DNA of 62,761 bases, the filler included, from Perkinsus olseni (taxonomy: Eukaryota), in assembly GCA_013115125.1 (NCBI GenBank). It is 6 parts of 6 records of this genome, joined end to end, with 100 filler letters (N's around TTAATTAATTAA, not from the genome) between each part and the next. Parts side by side here need not be neighbours in the genome. Positions count along the whole stretch, not along the records: positions 1 to 10,395 come from JABANN010000879.1; 5 more parts are not named here. The stretch is one strand, 5' to 3'. Shown piece after piece: positions 1 through 10,495 of the stretch. The translations under genes were made by a program, and so were the position numbers. Position 1 is the first letter of the stretch; each line of letters begins with the position of its first letter. The notes under the pieces are model-generated. The model was not told where the DNA came from, searched no databases, and saw nothing but the letters and a program-made list of their open reading frames with translations.

Positions 1-1352
1 CGCCAGCGTTCCTTAGCTCTCTCATAAGCATCTTCCAACCTCTCGAGGGTTGTTGCGTTCTGGCAATCAACTACTGGCCACAGCGCTGAGACGATGGACC
101 AAGTTCGACTTATTCCCGTAGGTATCGCTCGCGATGTCCCGCAGGGAATAAGCGCCCATGCCACTACATGGTTTATCTGACCCCTCTAACTGTGTTTTTT
201 GGTTGAAGTACTGTATCATCAACTCGAGAGAGGCGTTTTGATCAATTCCAATACTTCGAGCATCGCGTGTATCAAGGAGACTTTGTGTCGGCCTTTCTGT
301 CTGTGTCGAGCCGCGGAAGGAAGTTCCGCGTAAGTCCCGCTAGTGCCTGGAGCCTCGAGGCTCGAGGACCTCGAGTCTCGGTATAGTCGCCCTGGGTAAC
401 GGTTCTTGGGACCGGCTTTACTGGCATTCGAAGGCTTTTTCTCCTGGCTCTTCCCTTCGTTCATATTCAACCCGGCCTTCAGTTATGTCGAAGTCCGGCA
501 AGTTGCTGGCAGCAAGTAATCATTCAGATTCTGAATTTGCGAAGTCTAATCGGCGAAGAAGACCACTATTTCCGAGCTCGAGGATATCACACTGGCGAGC
601 ACCCGAACTTTCGCTGGGGAATATGATCACAACGGCAATTCTGTTTCAGGTCGCGGCTCCGAGGTGGAATGTTACCGTCAGAAAGAGCAGTTACGCTAGC
701 ACTTGCGTTATTGCATTCCCGCAGCTGCAAGTGACGGTTCGTAAGGTAAGCGACGACGCGCCCGATCTGGTCGCTGAGAGCGTGGTGACGGCGGTGACGG
801 AACGCGAACGTGAAACCTTTACCATTAGACTCGTGTAAGACTCGGCTTGATCATCGGCTTGCTTATCATGGCATTCTCAGAGAGAACAACGCATTTGATA
901 TTCACTACAAAAAGTGGTCGAGTCCGTTTACGGCCGGTTCCCTGGACCAACAAGATCCTTGCTATTCTCTCTTCGATGAGGTCATGATTATAATGAGGCT
1001 CATCCGCTCTTCCAGTCATAGGCTTATCATATCCTGATGAGATTCTATCATGAGTTTATCGTGTGGATGAGTTGTTATTTGTTGGATTTATCATGTTTTG
1101 AGTTCGGAGGTAGTAAGTTACTACAGCTATAATGTGTGTTAATACTAGTAACCTAGTCATTAACAACCGTAGTGTAATCCGGATAACACCTTGGAGAGGT
1201 TAATCTGTATTGATTTTCCAATCTCAATGAATCATCCACACTTGAATAATCACAGATCACTCAAGCCTAGCAGCAGACAATCTCACAGTACATTGCGTGG
1301 CGAGCGACAGCCGACACGACCGCACGTCGTCTACCATCCGTAGACGTGGAAT

Positions 1353-1409
1353 CTGTGGTGTCCCACCATAGACAAAAAAGCCTTTCTTGCCTATGGTGGG
1401 ACACCACAG
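1353..1409. repeat. near-perfect 28-bp inverted repeat (hairpin)
   Basis: ctgtggtgtcccaccatagacaaaaaag-c-ctttcttgcctatggtgggacaccacag; 26 of 28 positions pair. Confidence 0.9.
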
Positions 1410-1746
1410 GTGACTTCTTAGAAAGGCGCGGCTTACTACGGAGCATCGCCTAGGAATTCAGCCGCGCCACGCCACCGCACTCTGCGCCCCGAGCAGTCTC
1501 TCCACACGAAATCCTTTTTCCATCCGTCAGGCGCGGGGAAGAGAGTCATCATCGAGAGCAATTTGCCTTATCGCTGCTCAGTCAGATACCAGTAGTATCA
1601 TTATCATCTTCAAGCGTATGCAAGACCCCCTCCCACTTCCGATACGAATCATCGGAATAGATCACAAATGGGAGTAGCTCCACGGACTTCCTCTCCAGCC
1701 AGGTAACTGAGCTCTAAGTCGATACAGTTTTGACTACCCTTTCTTC

Positions 1747-2721
1747 ATGAAAATATACAAGCGCTTTCCCCTGATGACTCTCGCGGTTTGGGGCGTCACT
1801 TCGGGGCTCGCCGGCGAACTCTGGGGAACCTATTGTTATCGCGAGCAAATATTCTCTTCTTCGGGGTTGCCATTTCACCTGTTCTGTGTGACACTCACCG
1901 AGACTGAAGAAAGGAAGCAAGAAAACAAAAAGTCGCGACGAAAGCGAATCGAGGCAGATTTTCGATTCTCGACAAGAAGTCTGCCGGACGCTCCAATCGC
2001 TGCACCGAAAGTTCGCTTGAAGTGGGAAGAAGGAAAGCTCGCTGACGGCACGACGAAGTCGTTGGTTGTTAATACGAAGAAACTCGAGCATGGGGCTGGG
2101 CTGTTCGACTGGATAAAGCGAGTTGGTGCGTTGCTCAAGGTTAGAGGTGTGATCGGTGCACAGAGCATCCGAATGTATCCGAAAGCGCCCGTGGGCAACA
2201 CTCAGCTCACCGTGGATCTCGGAGGATACCGTTTGGTGTTGGATCGCGAGGAGTCGTTAGAAGAGAGTGGTTTGAAAAGGAAATGTGAAGACTCCGAGGA
2301 CCTTTCTGAGGGAGCTCCCCCTTCGAAGGTTTGTGCAAGGAGACGGGTGGAAGCGGGGTTGTATCAGGTTCATGGTCAGCCAAGTAAATGTAGATCGATA
2401 ACAGTCCGAGTCGACGAGGAGGACGGATCTTTGGCAGCCACGCTCAGTTTCGTGTTCACAGATGGCCTCGAGGACAATATCGACTACGTGAAACTGAAGG
2501 GCAAGAGCATTCTGCGAGTGGATCGAAGAGCGTTGGATGCTGCCAGCATGGCCGTTCTGGAACTGCAAGTATGGATCTTGAGGTCGAAGCTTAATATTGG
2601 TAACCTCACTATGGATACTATCGCCATCAAACACTATGGAGATGATCGTATTCTGCTGCATCTCGGGAAGACTGCGATTGGCTCACCAGCCGAGTCTGTG
2701 AGGCTTTCCAAGGTGGCGTGA
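1747..2721 (+). CDS. hypothetical secreted-like protein, paralogue 1 (WGTYC family)
   Basis: Intronless 324-aa ORF with hydrophobic N-terminus; shares ELWGTYC, LPFxxFC, YVKLxG, LTxDTIAI and GSPA motifs with the ORFs at 3348 and 9917. Confidence 0.8.
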   Translation: MKIYKRFPLMTLAVWGVTSGLAGELWGTYCYREQIFSSSGLPFHLFCVTLTETEERKQENKKSRRKRIEADFRFSTRSLPDAPIAAPKVRLKWEEGKLADGTTKSLVVNTKKLEHGAGLFDWIKRVGALLKVRGVIGAQSIRMYPKAPVGNTQLTVDLGGYRLVLDREESLEESGLKRKCEDSEDLSEGAPPSKVCARRRVEAGLYQVHGQPSKCRSITVRVDEEDGSLAATLSFVFTDGLEDNIDYVKLKGKSILRVDRRALDAASMAVLELQVWILRSKLNIGNLTMDTIAIKHYGDDRILLHLGKTAIGSPAESVRLSKVA

Positions 2722-3347
2722 CTCATCATATCATATTCATCATGTCATATTCGTATGCGTGAGCGTCTTAAGTCCAACACCCTTTCCGGGTCAGTTGGAC
2801 TCTAATGTGCTCAGCTATGTTCGTGTTCATCATACTCTTATCGATGTTTTGCTTGTCGACTTTAACGCGACGAGTTCCTCAATAGCTCGGGAACTTCCCG
2901 GCGGGGAGTAGCCCGTTTCGTCAACTAAAATGCCTGCTCGATAGAAACTGCTCGCTGTCACAGCAGGAAGATCTCACCACATCATCCTTGCGAGCTTACT
3001 GTTCAGCCCAAGCCCATTCTCTCTGCAAAAGCTAGGATGATCCCAGCTTGTGGACGGCTTAAGAGACCGCGAAGGTTGGAAGTCGCCTGCGGTAGCAACG
3101 CCGTGCGGAAAGGCTGAATTCTTTGTCTAAAACTTGCGGGATGAAGAATGCGAACATGCGAAAATTCTCAAATTCGGACGAACCGTGCGAGTGCCTCCCT
3201 CTCGCGGAATCAACTACACTATCACTACTAAATCATTCACTAGCGTCAAGCTGGGCTGAGGATCCATAGTCGTACACTTGCAGGATTACAATCGCTCACT
3301 CGATCGATAGAAAGACAATTTCGGCATTTCAGTGTTTGATACAGTCA

Positions 3348-4271
3348 ATGCTCGGCCGTCACCTCCTGACAGCACTTTCAGCTTACATTGCAGGTATACA
3401 TGGCGTGGAGCTATGGGGAACCTACTGTCACAACAAGGAAATCTTCATCTATCCAAAGCTACCATTCGATAGCTTCTGCCTTTCCCTCAACGAGAGGCAA
3501 ACTCCCGTGGGCGCAGACCTTCCGCAGCGCCTGCCATGGATCGAAGCGCTGTTCCGCTACACGACGGCAATCCCAGCCAAGGCCTTGGTCGATTCACCCG
3601 GAATTCCCTTCAAGTGGGATAAAGGAGAGCTTGCAAATACCTCTATGAACATACTGGTTGTTGATCTGTGGAGATTAGAGCATGAAGATGAACTCAGCAG
3701 ATGGCTGAGCGAGGTTGCCGAACTGCTCGGACAAGGCAACGAGACCGCTGTTGAAGGCCTCCGAATATATCCCAAGTTAAAGGGCAACTTGCCGTCTGGG
3801 AACGCTCGCCTAACGCTCTCTCTCGTCGATTATCACCTAGTGCTCGATCGGGTGGACAAAGACATCATTGCTTCGGAGAGATCCATCGAGGGGCGAGTGA
3901 AAGCTGGAACTTATCGGGCTCATGGTCGCCCGAACAAGTGCTCATCTACCACCGTAGATATTCGTGAGAGGAGGGAGGGTATGGAAGCTTCGATCGCGTT
4001 TGTGTTCTCCGATGGCAGTGCTAAGAAGATCGGCTACGTGAAGCTGGAGGGTGATAGAGTCAAGAAGGTGGACCAGAAATCGATGGATTTCATACAACTT
4101 ACCACCTTCAACCTAATATCCTACTCCGTGAGGAGGAACACGAATATCCGAAACCTTACTCTGAGTACCATCGCCATCGCGCCCAATGGAGAAAACCAAA
4201 TTCTGCTGTACCTTGGAGAGGCCCACGACGGTTCTCCCGCGGCGATGGTGAGTCTGCCCAAGGTATCATAA
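3348..4271 (+). CDS. hypothetical secreted-like protein, paralogue 2
   Basis: ORF 3336..4271, first ATG at 3348 (MLGRHLLTALSAYIAGIHG then VELWGTYC); aligns by eye end to end with paralogues 1 and 4. Confidence 0.8.
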   Translation: MLGRHLLTALSAYIAGIHGVELWGTYCHNKEIFIYPKLPFDSFCLSLNERQTPVGADLPQRLPWIEALFRYTTAIPAKALVDSPGIPFKWDKGELANTSMNILVVDLWRLEHEDELSRWLSEVAELLGQGNETAVEGLRIYPKLKGNLPSGNARLTLSLVDYHLVLDRVDKDIIASERSIEGRVKAGTYRAHGRPNKCSSTTVDIRERREGMEASIAFVFSDGSAKKIGYVKLEGDRVKKVDQKSMDFIQLTTFNLISYSVRRNTNIRNLTLSTIAIAPNGENQILLYLGEAHDGSPAAMVSLPKVS

Positions 4272-4539
4272 CCCAGTAAACGTCTCGTTTGTATCTATGC
4301 TTGATGTGCCCGCTGTCTACAAACCCGTGTTGTTCCCGTCAATCTCGCCAGGTCGGACAAAGGCGGTCAGTTCCCTAGCTCTGACGGCCTGTGAAATCAT
4401 CGACCCATGAGCTGTCCGTCCGCGAATTCCGATGAAATCGGTCATGCACTCTTGGGCCGTTCCCACCGAAATTTCCGATCAGCCATTCTCGGCAAAACGA
4501 GAGTGTAACTTATTGGGTTTCATTCGTTTAGTTCTACCA

Positions 4540-5598
4540 ATGTCGCGCCGCTTCGCCGCCTTCTCCACCGTGAGCCTGACGGCTCTCAGTGCGGTGACCT
4601 CGACTTTCGACGGCGCCACTAAGCGTTGCCACTCGAGAGAGAAGTTCTCCTTCCCTGAGCTTCCGGTGGACACCTTTTGCGTCGAAGGTAAGATCGATGA
4701 TGATAGTGCATGGATCGCTCGCTTCGCGTACTCGCTTAAAGACCACCCAACCGTGCCTCAGGAAACTCCAGTTTTACCAATGTTACAAGGGAAATACGAA
4801 ACTCATGAAGCGGACATCATCAACTACATAAGACCGGTACTCCACCAACTTAACGTGGATGAAAAGAACGCGGTGAGAGAGTGGTTCACTGAGCTGGGGA
4901 AGGCCTTCGACATGGAAGAGAAGCTAGATCCTCGCGACGTACTGGTACATGTGGAGTATCATAAGGGCAAGCCTGTGCTTGACAAGGAGGTTACGGTAGA
5001 GCTGAGCTCTTCGACTGAAGCTGCCGGAAGAACAATGGTCCTGAGCCCACTGGGTCGCAAACCTTCCGCTCCCAAGTACGTATCAAGAGAAAATGGATGG
5101 GGTTCCGTGGTCAAACGCAAACGTGTTGAATCTGACTTCGGGAAGCCATCCCGTAAGAAGCGTTTTCGGAGGCCTGCTGACCCAGTCGCGATTGCATCTG
5201 GGAACTACGAGTACATCGACCCGACGCAGGAGACTCCTAATGTCATGGTGGAGATCATAAACAACACCAAAGGAATGGTAGGAGCCGAAGTTAAGTTCGG
5301 ACTTTGCGAGGATGATCGAGGAAAGGAACTGGCCACTACGGGGTTTGTGAAACTAACGGGCTCCTACAGAGCCTTTCGCTTGGATACCAACTCGATGCCC
5401 GAAAAGAAGCGGAGGGCCGCCGAGGACAGCATCAAACGTTTGGCTACTTTCATGCCAGCGCTCGATCTCAATACCATCACTATCGAACCTCTCGAGGGCG
5501 AGAAGATTCTTTTACGCTATGGTAAGGTGGAGAACGGCAAGGCGGCGCATGCTGTCGAACTTCGCCATGTGAGAAGGAAGCTGCGATGGTGTCACTGA
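4540..5598 (+). CDS. hypothetical secreted-like protein, divergent paralogue 3
   Basis: ORF 4432..5598; likely start MSRRFAAFSTVSLTALSAV; FPELPVDTFC, GFVKLTG, LNTITIEPLEGEKILLRYG match family motifs. Confidence 0.7.
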   Translation: MSRRFAAFSTVSLTALSAVTSTFDGATKRCHSREKFSFPELPVDTFCVEGKIDDDSAWIARFAYSLKDHPTVPQETPVLPMLQGKYETHEADIINYIRPVLHQLNVDEKNAVREWFTELGKAFDMEEKLDPRDVLVHVEYHKGKPVLDKEVTVELSSSTEAAGRTMVLSPLGRKPSAPKYVSRENGWGSVVKRKRVESDFGKPSRKKRFRRPADPVAIASGNYEYIDPTQETPNVMVEIINNTKGMVGAEVKFGLCEDDRGKELATTGFVKLTGSYRAFRLDTNSMPEKKRRAAEDSIKRLATFMPALDLNTITIEPLEGEKILLRYGKVENGKAAHAVELRHVRRKLRWCH

Positions 5599-5620
5599 TG
5601 TCGGTGATGTTGTTGTCATT

Positions 5621-8600
5621 TCACGATTTGCGTTTCATGAACTGATAAAAGCCGGAACGTTGAGGCCAACTAGAAATGAGGCTAGTACGAACACAACCAT
5701 GGTAGAAATATGCATGCCTGATGCGGCCGATCTCAGCCGCAGTCTCGCCGAAGAAGCTCCTCGAGAGGACAATAGCCGCGGCCTTTTGCAAAATGTAGTA
5801 GTTAACATACGATAGAGTGACGCCCGTGAACTGATGGTAGACATCGGAAGACCGATCAATGTGGACGATCTCCTCGCCCTCATCGGTCTCATCGATCCTC
5901 AGTCTCACGATCTTCGCCCCATGCTCACGTAGGGCAACAGTGTCGAACACATCTTCCGTGTCCGAGCTGAGGAACCACTTAGTGTGAGCTGCTGAGAGGC
6001 CGAGTTCCTCTTCAACACGAGCGGCACACGCGAGGAACTCATTAAGTGTCTCCAGACCATGGCGTTTGGGGTCCCACCATTTGTCCAACTGCCTATCACC
6101 ACTTCTGAAATGTACCGCGATGAAGCTGCCCGGATTATCAGTACCAAATGTCGCCCGCGTCGCCCTCTCAATATGTCGTGCCAAGTGAATGGTCGGTTGA
6201 AAAAGACATCTCCAGATCTCGCTCGTCAAATGCTCCACCTCACGAATTGCCAGAGCTGCCGGCGACTTCCGAAAAGCCTCACTTTCCAGAATATTGCCGA
6301 TGTCGCGATGGTTGTGAGAGAATATCATCACTCGTCTCGTGTCGTTGGCGATGAACGGCAAGTCTCTGATCAAACGCTTTCGGTTATCCACATAAACGAA
6401 GACTGAAGGATGGGCTCCGACTCCGCTGGGAGGGATCCGCCAATCGATTGAGTCTGGTAGGGGCTGCAGTAGCAGGCCCAGCGGAATAGGAGAGTCGACG
6501 TCGAGCAACAGAGCACGGCCGGTGAGTAAGGCCAATACAAAAGCCGTGGATATACCGTTGATTCTGTCACCGTGTCCGCCACATAGTGACCACGGGTTGC
6601 AAGAAAAAACCAAAAATCGAGATGAGCGGGCAGTTGGATTCGCAATCATTTCGGCATGGATTGCCTTGTACTCTTCAAAGATACGCTCGAAAGAAGTCGA
6701 CCGGTTCGGAGGCCCAGGATTGACGGTGGATACGGTCATGCCGGTCGGACGGTCGGTGCTGGTTTTCCATTCCCAAGTCCGATCATCCACTCTCCACCGC
6801 TCAGTGGCGTCAATAAGGCGAATTTCCGAGCTCGATGGCCACCCACGTGGAAGGCAGTCGTTAATGAGCGCGAGAAAGCCCGGTTCCGTTGCACTGTGAC
6901 GCCGCCAGCAGAGGGACTGCCTATCACCAGAGGCCTCCAGAGTAATGCCAAGATGAGTCGGGCGGAGATTGTGATACCAGGGCTCCCTGAAGCTGTCTTC
7001 GAGCCAGAGTGTAGAATCAGACGACCGGACCAGCGGGGATGATTTGATATTGTGAATGGTGTCACGAGCTGTGAGATTTGAGATGTGTATGACCGTCAAG
7101 GTGTGGTGATGTGACGATGAGTACGCAAGACCACCGTCATTGATGAAGAGTCGCCGATCGGCTTCCTTGTATGGGAGGTCAGGGAGAAAATTGCGCTCGA
7201 CGAAAAGGTCCTGATCGAGAAGAAAAGAATAACCTAAACTCTTGCCGTGGGATGCTAATCCCAGAAGACCAACTTGAGAGGGGCGTGGGGGACTAGCTCA
7301 AATGGTAGAGCGCTCCCTTAGCAAGCGAGAGGCACCGAGATCGATGCCCGGGTTCTCCATTATATTATGGCGTTCTCTCTCGTCTTACTTGTGCTACTCT
7401 ATGCCCTCGATAGTCCGAGTTGAGCATAGCGGTGATTAACTGCAACTCGTAGACAAGCTTGGCAACTATCCGCACAAACGGCAGCACCAGACGGTCGACC
7501 AGCTGCTCCCACGGCGCGGTGTGACCCAGCGAGCTATCGTCCACCGCACTATACCAAAACAAAGGGGAAGTCAACTGAGGGGACCGTATGAAATAGAGTA
7601 GCTGAGACATTGTTGTGGCTACTTCAGTAACCCAGGCTGCATACTCGTAAGTCTCCGCAACTTGAGCCATATTCACTCCCGCTTCTCCGAAGGCCCATAT
7701 GGCAGCGGGGACACAGTAGGGGTCGACTCCCTCGACTTCACCGTAGATGAAGGCTCGGTCAACTGACAGTATCTATTAGACACTGCTGGAGAGAACAGGA
7801 GAGGAGGGAACGCTCACGTAAGTGTAAAAGGAATTGAGAGCGTTGAAAAGTTCGTTCATCTCCACCAGGCTGCTGCTGGGGTTCTCGCGAGGGAGCCCCG
7901 AGCAGATCCTAAGCCCACGGCTCAAAAGCGCAGCAGTTGATCGTTTCCGGCAGACGAACCTGCACAGTTCTGTGTCCAGAACTGCTTCTATCGGGGAGGA
8001 CTTCTCTCCACCACCGCCTGAGTACGCCTGTCTTGCCAAGGTAATGGCTTGTTGCAGAGCATCAGTTCGAATTGCAATAATTGAAGACAGGGTCTGAGAA
8101 GCCTTATCATGCGCCTCGATTGGGGTGGAGGGGAAGCGAGTTTGTGGAGACTTGAAGCGTCCACAGGAGGCGGATGCTCGAGGAGCAGTCGTGAAGGTTG
8201 CTTTCGTATCTTTCAATCTCGAAAGTTGCGCGAAGGATCTGATACTTGGTTGCAAGGGAAGGGCGGCATCTTTCTGAGGAGTTCTTCCATGCTGTCCACA
8301 ACCTCTTCAGCAATCACTAAATTGGTGGTGCGGAACTCAATGATCCCTGAGAGGTATCCGAGGGCTTCTCCCACAGCGCTGAGCATTGTATCATTTGGTG
8401 GCACGACCTGAATACACCAGGGTTCGATCCGCGCCGCAGGTATTTTTCCACACTGGTTCCACCCCAGCGCAAGCGGCTTCCAGTCGGTCGAATGCGCCTT
8501 CGAATTGAGATGAGAAGGCGGCTGCTGACGAAGACCAGCCTGCGAAGGCTGGTCCAGCACTGAGCATCTGATTTGTCTGCTCACCTCCGAAGCAGCCACT

Positions 8601-8669
8601 GTCCTTCTCCTGTTGAGCCGCGCATCGCCGAGTCGAGAGGAGTAGTGAGGAATAGAAGAGCAGGAGCAT
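5621..8669 (-). CDS. multi-exon glycosyltransferase; C-terminal fucosyltransferase-like domain
   Basis: Terminal ORF 5621..7099 has CGGHGDRINGI..ALLTGR, AVHFRSGD, WFLSSD and SFFGETA, resembling fucosyltransferase motifs I-III. The frame stays open upstream to beyond 7230. Linking to minus-strand ORFs up to a signal-peptide-like start at 8669 is inferred. Confidence 0.6.
7287..7359 (+). tRNA. tRNA-Ala(AGC), with one mismatch each in the anticodon and T stems
   Basis: GGGGGAC TA GCTC AAATGGTA GAGC G CTCCC TTAGCAA GCGAG AGGCA CCGAG ATCGATG CCCGG GTTCTCC A; cloverleaf with G3:U70 Ala determinant. Confidence 0.85.
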
Positions 8670-8948
8670 TCAATACCAGAGAATATACGAGATAGAATAC
8701 ATCATAATGATGACAAACCCCCCCTTTCTAACCAGAGAGCGTCTGTTAGACAAGTTCAAAGACCACAACTGCAGTATCGGCGTGACAGCCGTTTTCCCTC
8801 GCGCTGATATACAGTGCGATGTGTAAGGGAAGGTTCAACCTAGCTAAAAGGGTGTCTATGGTCAGTGGCTCATGTTGAGGGACACTCGAAAACCCAACGT
8901 CCTCCGTCACCATAAAGCACATCATGATGAACAACATTATCAGAACAC

Positions 8949-9917
8949 TTACGAGAGTCTGGGCAGCTTCACCGTCTCCGCAGGAGAGCCGTCTCGAACC
9001 TTCCCGAGAAGCAACAGAATTTGATTCTCTCCGTCAGGCTCGATGACGATAGTATCGAGAGTGAGATCCGGGATGTGAGTATCTTTCTGGAGGAGCGTGA
9101 CTTTCGCGCTGAACCCCATCACCTCGGCAGAGGTCATCGCCCCTCGGTCCACCTTCAAAGCGCCATCGCCGGTCAGCTTGACCCAGCCGATTTCCTTCGA
9201 CCCTCCCCCGAGGATCCCGAATGAGAACTCGGCTTCTAATGTTCCGTTCACTTCACGAATTTGTACTTTAGTTGATAGGCAATTCCTGGGGTAACCGAAG
9301 GTCTTGTAAGAGCCAACATTCACCTCTTCTGGAATTCTATCCATGAAGGTAATGGAATCCAACGCAAGTTTAGGTAGCTTTTTGTTTCTTCTCTCTGGTT
9401 TCCTCGGCACCCAAGGCTTCACCTTTTCCAACACGAAGCGGTATTTACCAATTGCTACCGTAAGACGGTACTTCACCGGTTCAGTCGATGAACACACCGG
9501 GTACAATCGAAGGGAGCTCGGGTAAAGTCTTCTTGTCAGTCCGAGCAATTTGCCCGTCTTACCCAGCCAATCGTAGAGCTCAGTCCTATTTTTAAGAGCA
9601 TAGGAATCAACATATATTTTATACAGCTGGAACCCAGGAACATCTTCCATCGTCCATGCCATGGGAACTCTCTGCAATGCGCTTTCGGTCTGATTCCGCG
9701 GTTGACAGCGAAAAGTCGCATTGGCGTCCACATCATATGGCATAGGGCCGTCGTGCCTAGTTTCTCGCTCATCACGCGGGGTAAGGTCAACGCAGAAGAG
9801 GTCGAAGGGCTGCTCCGGATAGGGAAACAATTTTTTACTGTGGCAATAGGTTCCCCAGAACTTCTCAGACAGCACTCGGCCGATGTTAACCGTAAGTAGG
9901 ATGCGGTGGCTTAACAT
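8949..9917 (-). CDS. hypothetical protein, paralogue 4 of the WGTYC family
   Basis: ORF 8949..10001, first ATG at 9917; FWGTYC, GSY..GYPRNC.STKV, LTLDTIVIEPDGENQILLLLG..DGSPA. Confidence 0.8.
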   Translation of the reverse strand: MLSHRILLTVNIGRVLSEKFWGTYCHSKKLFPYPEQPFDLFCVDLTPRDERETRHDGPMPYDVDANATFRCQPRNQTESALQRVPMAWTMEDVPGFQLYKIYVDSYALKNRTELYDWLGKTGKLLGLTRRLYPSSLRLYPVCSSTEPVKYRLTVAIGKYRFVLEKVKPWVPRKPERRNKKLPKLALDSITFMDRIPEEVNVGSYKTFGYPRNCLSTKVQIREVNGTLEAEFSFGILGGGSKEIGWVKLTGDGALKVDRGAMTSAEVMGFSAKVTLLQKDTHIPDLTLDTIVIEPDGENQILLLLGKVRDGSPAETVKLPRLS

Positions 9918-10395
9918 TGAGATAACAACGGCAAGGCTCGAGGACAGAATTTCATTCCGGAGGGGCTGAAAATGGAAATGTTGTTTTCGAGCAAGCGCCA
10001 CCCGAACAACCCGATGTGACGCTGTGACGCACGATCATCCGCCCTGCTCGGCGAGACTGCCGAGACAGCTGAGCAGCTTTGCACCGTGCAGGGAGCAGGA
10101 TCCCTTCTGTTCCTTCTAAAGGGACTGTGTGAGCAGACCACATCGACAGCAGCCTCAGCCGGAAACGGGGCCTTAGAACGTGCTTTCGTCTCATGCGTCT
10201 CCAACAGCTGCAGTCCAGCCACATTCAACGTCTCCTCACCTGGTGGCACGGCCCCTCAACGCACTGAGGAGCCCCCGGAAAAGCCCGAGGTCTTCATGGT
10301 CAGGAATCAGAATTTGACGTGAACTATACCATTCAGAAATCTATTTGGCGGATAAGGCCGCCTATTTGGGGGTCGAGGATTTCACGTTAGCGTTT

Positions 10396-10495
10396 NNNNN
10401 NNNNNNNNNNNNNNNNNNNNNNNNNNNNNNNNNNNNNNNTTAATTAATTAANNNNNNNNNNNNNNNNNNNNNNNNNNNNNNNNNNNNNNNNNNNN
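10396..10495. other. artificial contig linker
   Basis: N44-TTAATTAATTAA-N44 six-frame stop linker. Confidence 0.99.

Noticed and set aside
1-1260. Possible LTR-retrotransposon gag/LTR remnant; similar candidate at 20490-20882
   Set aside because: No diagnostic motif, paired LTR or clear PBS visible
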